NCBI GenBank assembly: GCA_002483085.1
Contig: DLHF01000072.1
Span: 28,310 to 92,309 of the forward strand
Length of the DNA: 64,000 nt
Direction of reading: 5' to 3'
From: Ignavibacteria bacterium UBA7675
Lineage (GTDB): Bacteria > Bacteroidota > Ignavibacteria > Kapaibacteriales > UB7675
Shown: positions 48,676 through 56,518 of the stretch, one piece after another
How the letters are laid out: every line of letters starts with the position of its first letter
Numbering within the stretch: the stretch's first letter is position 1
The notes under the pieces: generated by a model
The model's database searches: none
What the model was told of the DNA's origin: nothing
The model's input: the letters and a program-made list of their open reading frames with translations, nothing else
Made by a program: the position numbers and the translations under genes

Positions 48676-49032
48676 CTACCGTATTACCACCTGCACAACA
48701 GCAGCTCCACCGGAGTAGCAAACCCAGTTGGGCGGTGGTGCAGCTACAGGATAACAAAACGGGAAAGCAGCGGGCACTGGATAAAAAACACCGTTTACTC
48801 TTGTGCCCGACACCACACAGCCTGTAGGCACATTCCAGGTAAAGCACGCACCCGGCGCAATGAGAGCAGGGCAAGGTGCAAGAGTACCTACAACTCCACC
48901 ACAGTTCACATGAATACAAACAGCTACTGCTACTGTAGAGTTATTGCAGACAGCATAGATTTGCGCCTGTGCACTGATCGAACCGAGAGCAGTGAGCAGA
49001 ATCGCACAAAGAAAAGCACTAAAAAATTTCAT
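48676..49032 (-). CDS. Small secreted PPPN-motif protein, type B (8 Cys), copy B1
   Basis: MKFFSAFLCAILLTALGSISAQA | QIYAVCNNST...NCGG...APCPALIAPGACFTWNVPTGCVVSG...PFCYPVAAPPPNWVCY. Confidence 0.8.
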   Translation of the reverse strand: MKFFSAFLCAILLTALGSISAQAQIYAVCNNSTVAVAVCIHVNCGGVVGTLAPCPALIAPGACFTWNVPTGCVVSGTRVNGVFYPVPAAFPFCYPVAAPPPNWVCYSGGAAVVQVVIR

Positions 49033-49140
49033 ACTTATTCCTAATGATGGCAGTGATTAAAATTTATCGATAGAATATTCTTCTCGTACACACCGAGAGC
49101 CTGCACGGCGTGCGTACAGGCTCTCGAAAAGAAAACAGGC

Positions 49141-49494
49141 CTATTGAATACGAACCTGAGGCACTCCTCCGGTATAGCATACCCAATTGGGCGGAGGTGC
49201 TGCTACAGGATAGCAAAACGGGAAAACAGCGGGCACTGGATAAGCCACACCATTCACTCGTACACCTGTTACCACACAAGCTGCGGGAACATTCCAAGTA
49301 AAGCATGCACCGGGTGGGATCATCGCCGGGCAGGGAGCGAGAAATGCCACGGCGCCACCACAATTGACGCGCACACATACTGATACTGGAACATTAGAAT
49401 TATTACAAACAACATACGGTTGTGCCTGTGCATCAGGCGTTGGGCTGAGCACAGCAAAAAGTATTGCGCAAATAGCGCCAATGAAAAATTTCAT
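49141..49494 (-). CDS. Small secreted PPPN-motif protein, type B, copy B2
   Basis: Signal ...PDAQA | QPYVVCNNSN...NCGG...APCPAMIPPGACFTWNVPAACVVTG...PFCYPVAAPPPNWVCY. AGGAG upstream. Confidence 0.8.
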   Translation of the reverse strand: MKFFIGAICAILFAVLSPTPDAQAQPYVVCNNSNVPVSVCVRVNCGGAVAFLAPCPAMIPPGACFTWNVPAACVVTGVRVNGVAYPVPAVFPFCYPVAAPPPNWVCYTGGVPQVRIQ

Positions 49495-49645
49495 AATAGC
49501 TCCTAAAAAATAATAATGATGAATTGTGTTTTCCCCTGATACAGCGCTGGCTGATAGATATCAATCTCGTCTCCCTGATGCCAGCAACAAGGAAATAAAA
49601 GCCTGAGCGAACAATCCGCCCAAACTTCCCAGCACAGCAAAAATT

Positions 49646-50014
49646 CTACCGGATAATCACCTGAGGTACACCACCTGTATAGCATACCCAGTTCGGCGGA
49701 GGTGCGAGCACACCATAGCAAAACGGTATAGCAGCGGGCACGCCATAGAAGACACCGCCAACAGTAACGCCTGTTACAACACAAGCAGCCGGAACTGGCC
49801 ATGTAAAGCATCCGCCGGGCGGAATAATAGCAGGACAAGGGCCAATATTGACAATCACACCACCACAATTGGCCTGAAGGCACACAGCTACTGGAACTGT
49901 GGTATTATTACACACTGTGTACGGCTGTGCCTGCACGGACTCTGTAGCCGCAATGCTCAGCACCATGATGAAGGCTGCAACAAGTAGCCCTGTGAGTTTG
50001 TTGACAAATTTCAT
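49646..50014 (-). CDS. Small secreted PPPN-motif protein, type B, copy B3
   Basis: Signal ...ATESVQA | QPYTVCNNTT...NCGG...GPCPAIIPPGGCFTWPVPAACVVTG...PFCYGVLAPPPNWVCY. Confidence 0.8.
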   Translation of the reverse strand: MKFVNKLTGLLVAAFIMVLSIAATESVQAQPYTVCNNTTVPVAVCLQANCGGVIVNIGPCPAIIPPGGCFTWPVPAACVVTGVTVGGVFYGVPAAIPFCYGVLAPPPNWVCYTGGVPQVIIR

Positions 50015-50620
50015 AAAAAACCCCTAATGAAGAGTAAATGAAAAATGGGAAATGGGAACCTGCTGCAAGGCTTCCCCGGCCAAGCAACAACCGATACAAT
50101 AGAGTATCAGCTTGGGAATTCATGAGACTGCGGATAACAGCAATAGTAAGGAGCGGAACAAAATCCAGTAAAAATTTGGTACATGCGTGGGAACACCTAA
50201 TAAATTTCCAGACAACGGTGAACCACCGGTTCTGTGTGTGGATTGCGAGGTGTTGTCTACCACTGAGTACTCTCTGTATAACAAGATTTTGCACTATTGC
50301 TGTTGATATACAATAGAGAGTTGCACACTGCTGTACAACCCTCTGTTGAAATTGGACATGCAACTCCAGCACGGCAAACAAGAGCATACACAAACAACAC
50401 ATAGAGCAATGGACATTGCCTCGTGCTGTCTGTGTATCTCGCCCTCATATTTTCTACTTGCTATGAAAAACATCGGGTACATAGTTCACTGTGCATAGAG
50501 TGTTGCAGAAATCGTGTCATTGCCGAGTTGGCTTTGACTCTTTATACAATGCTTAACTAATGGCCACAATGAAGCACTTGCGCTCTTTTGCAATTGCACA
50601 AATGCCCGCGCCGCCATGTA

Positions 50621-50941
50621 CTACCAGAATGTAGCGCCATTCGGCGTTACCGTAACACCATTCGGCGGATTAGGCGGAGGAACAGGACCTGTATAGCCTA
50701 TAGGAAAGAATGCACCGCGAAACATAATTCCCGTTACTCTACAATTGGCAGGAATTGGGATGTTAATTGTCGCAGGGCCTGCAGGAAGGTTAAAGGGGCC
50801 GAATGGACCACAGGTCGTCCGGATAATAATACCATTCACCGGGACAGGCGTGTTGTTGGTTAGGAAATACGCCTGTGCGTCTGTTGTCGTACCGACAACT
50901 GCAAAAAGAATAGCGCACAAAATACCTACAAGCAGTTTCAT
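50621..50941 (-). CDS. Small secreted PPPN-motif protein, type A, copy A3
   Basis: From the internal Met at 50941: MKLLVGILCAILFAVVGTTTDAQA | YFLTNNTP...TCGPFGPFNLP...NCRVTG...GPVPPPNPPNGVTVT. GGGGAG upstream. Confidence 0.8.
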   Translation of the reverse strand: MKLLVGILCAILFAVVGTTTDAQAYFLTNNTPVPVNGIIIRTTCGPFGPFNLPAGPATINIPIPANCRVTGIMFRGAFFPIGYTGPVPPPNPPNGVTVTPNGATFW

Positions 50942-51454
50942 ATGATCTCCCCGAAACGATGGAAAAACAATTAATAAATAAACACCATCTATTGGTGTAG
51001 CGACTGCACAATGCCGATGTACAAAGAGGCGGCACCGCATTGTTTCTACAGGTAACGCCTTTGCCCTTTACAAAGCATTATCAGATATCCACGAACAGGG
51101 CTTGGCACATCATACCCCAGAAGTCTCTAACTTGATTGCTGCACGGTGCAGGTGTAGCCGCAAGCGCAAGTAGTCCTTGAATATGGGCTTATCCGTTATC
51201 AAGTGATCCAGCAGTATTTTCTGCTGTACCTTCTCCACTTGGCATCAGAAGTCTCTGATGCCAATAATCCAACTATATATAAATACCACTCATACCATAA
51301 GTGCCGCAGCTTACTCCCCTGTCGCGGCCCTTACTATACTAATAGTGCATGTACGAACCTCACAGCATGCTGTCTACCAGGAGGTGCAGGAATCATGTGA
51401 TTGCCGCAGAATACTATTACAACTTTGCAACTGCGTAAATGTCCATATCGCAGC

Positions 51455-51775
51455 CTACCAAAATGTAGCACCGGTGGAGGTTACCGTAACACCATTCGGC
51501 GGATTAGGCGGAGGCACAGGACCCGAATAGCCTACGGGAAAGAACATCCCGCTGTACAGGATACCTCCCACGTTACAACTAGTCGGAATGGGAACGTTAA
51601 TTGAGCTAGGCCCCGGGGGAAGGTTAAAAACCCCAAATATACCGCAGCTCGTCCGGATCTGAATGCCATTCACTGGCGCCGATGTGCTGTTGGTAAGGAG
51701 GTACGCATGTGCGTCTGTTGTTGTACCAACAACTGTAAAAAGAACAGCACACAAAATGCCTACAAGCAGTTTCAT
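51455..51775 (-). CDS. Small secreted PPPN-motif protein, type A, copy A4
   Basis: From the internal Met at 51775: MKLLVGILCAVLFTVVGTTTDAHA | YLLTNSTS...SCGIFGVFNLP...SCNVGG...GPVPPPNPPNGVTVT. GGGGAA upstream. Confidence 0.8.
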   Translation of the reverse strand: MKLLVGILCAVLFTVVGTTTDAHAYLLTNSTSAPVNGIQIRTSCGIFGVFNLPPGPSSINVPIPTSCNVGGILYSGMFFPVGYSGPVPPPNPPNGVTVTSTGATFW

Positions 51776-52215
51776 ATTATTTCCCCGATAGGATAAAAAA
51801 AGGTTTATGAACATGCCACTATCAATTATTAGTGTGGCAACTATGCAATGCCGATGTTCCTTCTCCAAATGGTATCGGAAGACCCCAATACCAATATTCC
51901 AACTCCATATAAATATCTCTCATACCATAGACACGGCAACGCATTCCCCTGCCGTAGTTGTCGGTACACTGCTGCTGTGCGACAACTACCCTTTCCCGTA
52001 CCAAATTACAGAGCACCGCAGCAAATTGATATAGGAGCATGGCGGATTCGGAAGTAAGAAGATCACCGTTTTAGCAGTAGGAAATTGTCCGATATGCCTA
52101 TCGGAAAATTCTTACTCTTCAGTCTTTAACATCAGCTTTTTAGCTACGCTCCGGAACGAACTCGCAAGAAGCTGTGTTATAGCCACGGATTTCCAACAAC
52201 ATCCCAGTGAGAGTT

Positions 52216-53745
52216 ATGCACAGTATTGCAGTAGTAGGTTCGGGGTTTGGCGGTCTGGCAGCAGCTATACGACTTCAAGCCCGGGGATTTCAGGTGACAA
52301 TTTTCGAGAAAAATGAGCGCGTAGGTGGCCATGCGTCGCAGCTCGTAAAGAATGGCTATACATTCGACATGGGCCCTTCGCTTATTACTGCTCCCGATAT
52401 TATTCGCAGTGTGTTTGCAAGCGCGGGGCGGCGCATGGAGGACTACCTCGATCTTATACCATTAGACCCGTACTACCGCATTTACTTCCACGACGGTACG
52501 TTTATCGACTACACAGGCGACGCCGATAGAATGAAGCAAGCAATGGCGCAGTTCCATCCTGGCGATGCTGCTGCCTACGACCAGTTCATGGCCCACACTC
52601 GCAAGATTTACGACGCCGTTATTACCGATGGCCTAGGAGCTACGCCGTTTATGGACCTTGGTACAATGGCGAGCTTTCTGCCAAAAGCGCTTCGTCTGGG
52701 AGCTCTCAAACCCGCCTACTCATTTGTAAAAAAATATTTTAAGGATGCACGCCACCGCTTCTGCTTCTCTTTTCATCCGCTGTTTATAGGTGGCAATCCT
52801 TTCCGCGCTCCGTCGGTGTACCTGATGATACCGTATTTAGAAAAAGCAGGCGGAGTGTGGTTTACCACCGGCGGTATGTACTCGCTCGTGCAAGCGTTCC
52901 AGCGCTTATTTACAGAGCTCGGCGGCACTATCAAAACATCATCGGAAATACAACGCATACTCGTGAGCAATGGCCGTGCATGTGGTGTAGAAACAATATC
53001 GGGCGAACAATTCGCCTCCGATGCCGTGATTTCCAATGCCGATATTGTCCATACCTACAGCGATCTCATCGCTCCGGAACAGCGCCGTAAATGGTCGGAT
53101 CGGCGCCTGCATTCTACTAAGTATTCCATGAGCGCCTTCCTGCTGTACATCGGCGTAAAAAAACAATACCCGCAGTTGCTCCACCATACGCTGATACTCT
53201 CAGAGCGATACCGCGAGCTCGTGTACGATATATTCGACCGGCACATTCTGCCCGAGGATTTCTCCATGTACCTGCACGTGCCTACTCGCACCGATCCGGC
53301 AATGGCGCCGCCCGGCTGCGAAAGCATGTACGTACTAGTACCAGTTGCCAATCTCGCGTCGGGAACAAATTGGGAAACGACAAAACACACCTATGGCGAG
53401 CGTCTGCTCGACTTTCTGGAAAAAGATTTTGGCATGGAAGACCTGCGCGCAAACATCGAAGTGTTGGAACTATTTACGCCCGATGATTTCCGCACAGAGC
53501 GCAATTCCTTCCTCGGCAGCGCATGGGGCGTAGAGCCGCATTTACTGCAAACTGCTTATTTCCGACCGCACAATCGCAGTGAAGATATCGAGCGCCTGTA
53601 CTTTGTGGGAGCAGGCACTCATCCCGGCGCAGGAGTTCCGGGCGTGCTTCTTACTGCCGAAGCGACAGAAAAGGTACTGCTCAGCGATTTTGCCGCACAC
53701 GCAGGAATTCCGGCTTCATCGGTCGGAGCAGAAAAAGCGAGATAA
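52216..53745 (+). CDS. crtI: Phytoene desaturase
   Basis: IAVVGSGFGGLAAAIRLQARGFQVTIFEK dinucleotide fold, full-length CrtI-type sequence and a C-terminal YFVGAGTHPGAGVPGV motif. A GTG at 52207 is an alternative start. Confidence 0.9.
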   Translation: MHSIAVVGSGFGGLAAAIRLQARGFQVTIFEKNERVGGHASQLVKNGYTFDMGPSLITAPDIIRSVFASAGRRMEDYLDLIPLDPYYRIYFHDGTFIDYTGDADRMKQAMAQFHPGDAAAYDQFMAHTRKIYDAVITDGLGATPFMDLGTMASFLPKALRLGALKPAYSFVKKYFKDARHRFCFSFHPLFIGGNPFRAPSVYLMIPYLEKAGGVWFTTGGMYSLVQAFQRLFTELGGTIKTSSEIQRILVSNGRACGVETISGEQFASDAVISNADIVHTYSDLIAPEQRRKWSDRRLHSTKYSMSAFLLYIGVKKQYPQLLHHTLILSERYRELVYDIFDRHILPEDFSMYLHVPTRTDPAMAPPGCESMYVLVPVANLASGTNWETTKHTYGERLLDFLEKDFGMEDLRANIEVLELFTPDDFRTERNSFLGSAWGVEPHLLQTAYFRPHNRSEDIERLYFVGAGTHPGAGVPGVLLTAEATEKVLLSDFAAHAGIPASSVGAEKAR

Positions 53746-53916
53746 GGCGCTTCGCTCTCCGTTCTGGCGCTTTGTCTCTGCACCGCGCAGCACCGCCGCC
53801 GCGTGGCCGCCCGGCCTCAACCGCATTACTTGGCGCCAGGCAGCCGGGCAACAGATAAGCGGGTCCTGCGACCGGTGACAGCGACCGGGCTCCCGGGCAA
53901 AAACGCCCGTGCCATA
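53746..53916 (+). repeat. Three-box intergenic repeat, copy 7 (complete reference copy)
   Basis: Leader ggcgcttcgctctccg at 53746-53761, box1 ctctgcaccgcgcagcaccgccgccgcgtgg at 53776-53806, box2 tgcgaccggtgacagcg at 53867-53883, and box3 cgcccgtgcca at 53904-53914. It starts immediately after the crtI stop. Confidence 0.85.
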
Positions 53917-53980
53917 TAGCTCAACATGTTTGATTGATAATTTCACAAGAAGCCATTAACGGTGTGTACTGGTAAATACT

Positions 53981-54898
53981 ATGCAATTCTGGAAAGAAGA
54001 CCACTGTAAGCTCGACTTCGAGCACGCGCGCAGGCTGACGGCGTTCTACTCGCGCAGCTTTTACTTTTCGGCGTGTGTATTGCCGCGCAATGAACGCTGG
54101 GCAACGTTTGCTGTGTATGCTTTTTGCCGCTACAGCGACAACCTGATCGACAACCCTCGCGAACGCTCACAGCAAGAGCTCGTGCAGGAGCTCGACATGC
54201 TTGCCGAAGAGCTGCACACAGCCTACCGCACAGGCGAGTCGGAACACCCCATTGTACGGCCTTTTATTATTGCAGCTCGACGCTATGGCATTCCATTAGA
54301 ATATCCGCTCGACTTGATAAAAGGCGTGCAGATGGACCTTACGCACAAGCATTACGACACATTCGGCGAGCTCTCGGTGTTCTGCTATCGCGTGGCAGCA
54401 GTGGTAGGGCTGATGATGACTCATGTGCTGGGCTACAGGCACGACTCCGCCTTCGACTATGCTGCACAGATGGGCATTGCTATGCAGCTTACGAATATCC
54501 TGCGCGATATCAGCGAAGACAAAGACCGAGGCAGAATTTATTTACCACGCGAGGAAATGCAGCAGTTTGGCGTCGCCATAGGAGATATTATAGGTGAACG
54601 TATGACACCGCAACTGCGCGAACTCATGAAGTTCCAAGCAGAACGTGCCCACCAGTATTATGGCCAAGCGCAGGAAGGTATTGCTCTTCTGCCCGTCAAT
54701 ACACAATTTGCTATCTATTCGGCGAGCAAGATATACAGAGGTATTCTGCACAGGCTTGAATTGCGCGACTACAATCCGTTTCTCGGGCGCGTTTTTGTAT
54801 CGCAGAGCACCAAAGTTGGAATTCTTCTGCGCGAAGTTCTGCGCTCGAAAGCTTTGTCGCTCCAAGAGCGTCTACACGCGTTCTCGCCAGCCAGATAA
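53981..54898 (+). CDS. crtB: Phytoene synthase
   Basis: Squalene/phytoene synthase fold: YAFCRYSDNLID (first Asp-rich region) and NILRDISEDKDRGRIYLP (second). Confidence 0.9.
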   Translation: MQFWKEDHCKLDFEHARRLTAFYSRSFYFSACVLPRNERWATFAVYAFCRYSDNLIDNPRERSQQELVQELDMLAEELHTAYRTGESEHPIVRPFIIAARRYGIPLEYPLDLIKGVQMDLTHKHYDTFGELSVFCYRVAAVVGLMMTHVLGYRHDSAFDYAAQMGIAMQLTNILRDISEDKDRGRIYLPREEMQQFGVAIGDIIGERMTPQLRELMKFQAERAHQYYGQAQEGIALLPVNTQFAIYSASKIYRGILHRLELRDYNPFLGRVFVSQSTKVGILLREVLRSKALSLQERLHAFSPAR

Positions 54899-54931
54899 CA
54901 AACGAGTGCGCGCATTCTGCAACAAAAAACA

Positions 54932-55645
54932 ATGATGATACAGGCCCGACACAGCCGCACGGCAGAGCGTATTTTTGAAGTCTATCTACGCTCTCTGTTC
55001 CGCCGCCATTTCCATTCGCTTGCTCTGCTGGGCGACATACCGGCTGTGCACAGCGAGCTGCCCGTCCTGCTGCTTCCTAACCACAGCACATGGTGGGACG
55101 GATTTTTTGCCTTTGCGCTGAATAAGCAGCTCTTCAAGCGGCCTTTTTACCTGATGATGCTCGAAGAGCAATTACAAAAGTATCGTTTTTTTACGCGGTT
55201 GGGTGCGTACTCCGTTCGCCCGGGCTCCCCGCGCTCAGTAGCCGAAACTCTTCAGTACACGGCTTCGGTACTCAGCGGGCAACCACCGCCGCTTGTGTGC
55301 ATGTTTCCACAGGGCGAGCTTCTTCCTTCGCATATTCGACCGCTGGGATACCGCCGTGGTGCAGAGCACATACTCACACGTGCAAAGGCTCCCCTTACCA
55401 TTGTCCCCCTGGCCATACGCTGTGAGTTTCTCGGCGAACAGCTTCCCGATGTTTTTTTCCTGTTTGGCTCTCCGCTTGTATGCAACGCTTCATCGGCGCC
55501 AAACGCCGAGCTTTTAGAAACAGTACAGCACAACCTGCTGGCCGACCTCCAACAACGCATCATTGCAGGCGAACGGGGGCACACTCTGCTCAAGGGTGGT
55601 GTATCAATCAACAGCGTTGTCGACGTGCTGCGCCGAAAAAAGTAA
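54932..55645 (+). CDS. Lysophospholipid-acyltransferase-family protein (possible carotenoid-glycoside acyltransferase, CruD-like role)
   Basis: HX4D motif NHSTWWD and an FPQGE motif. The carotenoid role is inferred only from its position directly after crtB. Confidence 0.65.
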   Translation: MMIQARHSRTAERIFEVYLRSLFRRHFHSLALLGDIPAVHSELPVLLLPNHSTWWDGFFAFALNKQLFKRPFYLMMLEEQLQKYRFFTRLGAYSVRPGSPRSVAETLQYTASVLSGQPPPLVCMFPQGELLPSHIRPLGYRRGAEHILTRAKAPLTIVPLAIRCEFLGEQLPDVFFLFGSPLVCNASSAPNAELLETVQHNLLADLQQRIIAGERGHTLLKGGVSINSVVDVLRRKK

Positions 55646-55721
55646 CATCGCGCATTGCAATGTTTCCGCTGCCCAACGTATTTTCCGCTCCCAACACTGA
55701 TGTATCACAAGAACAACAACA

Positions 55722-56378
55722 ATGAAAGCTGTTATTTTTGACATGGACGGTGTGCTGGTCGACAGCGAGCCTTTGTATATCAGCATGAACCAAAAGTTCT
55801 TCCGCGAGCTCGGTGCCGATATTTCGATGGAAGAACACCAGGCATTTGTTGGTATTTCCGCCGTCGCTATGTGGAGCTTCATCCGCGAAAAATTTGCGCT
55901 CTCTGCTACTGTGGAGGAACTGGTTCACAGAGAAAAAGAATTGAAATTTCAGCTTCTACAAGAATCGAATCTGCAAGCGATAGAAGGCACACCCGAACTA
56001 CTGGCAGTTCTGCGCGACAGCGGTGTTCCTCTCGCTCTTGGCACTTCTTCTCTGAGAAAAAACGCCGATCTGATACTCGGCACCATTGGTCTGCTGCCAT
56101 ACTTTGATGTACGAACAACAGGCGAAGAGATAAAGCGCGGCAAACCCAATCCCGATGTATTCCTGCTGGCTGCCGAAAAGATGAACCGAGCTCCACAGGA
56201 GTGTATTGTTGTCGAAGATTCGGCAAATGGAGTAAAGGCCGCAAAAGCCGCAGGAATGATATGTATAGCTTTTCGCAATCCCAACTCTGGCTATCAGGAT
56301 ATCAGCGCTGCGGATTATATCGTGGAGGATTTTGGCAGCCGCACAAGAGAGTTTATTACAAGGTTGTGTGCCCGTTAA
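55722..56378 (+). CDS. HAD-IA family hydrolase (beta-phosphoglucomutase-like)
   Basis: Motif I is FDMDGVLVDSE. GTSS, K...GKPNP and EDSANG(V) supply motifs II-IV. Confidence 0.85.
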   Translation: MKAVIFDMDGVLVDSEPLYISMNQKFFRELGADISMEEHQAFVGISAVAMWSFIREKFALSATVEELVHREKELKFQLLQESNLQAIEGTPELLAVLRDSGVPLALGTSSLRKNADLILGTIGLLPYFDVRTTGEEIKRGKPNPDVFLLAAEKMNRAPQECIVVEDSANGVKAAKAAGMICIAFRNPNSGYQDISAADYIVEDFGSRTREFITRLCAR

Positions 56379-56468
56379 ACCAGCCCAGCGCCGTGCATTG
56401 ATAGAAAGAGCAGAACTACTCAGCGTTGCCCCGGTGCGTTTACCAATCTATTATTTCGTCCAACCAAC

Positions 56469-56493
56469 AAAAAAAGCCCGCTCTGAGGCGGGC
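56469..56493 (-). terminator. Intrinsic terminator after the deoxyhypusine-synthase-like gene
   Basis: Minus strand: gcccgc-ctcaga-gcgggc followed by T7. Confidence 0.75.
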
Positions 56494-56518
56494 CGTATAA
56501 ACCTATTACGACAGCACA

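Noticed and set aside
46902-52215. Whether the regularly spaced array is a CRISPR array, a DGR target/template system or a RiPP precursor cluster.
   Set aside because: The repeat units are 320-370 bp protein-coding genes, not 25-40 bp repeats. No reverse transcriptase or TR/VR pair with A-specific mismatches is present. No maturation enzyme, protease or ABC exporter is adjacent, and the leaders are ordinary Sec signals rather than double-glycine or RiPP leaders.
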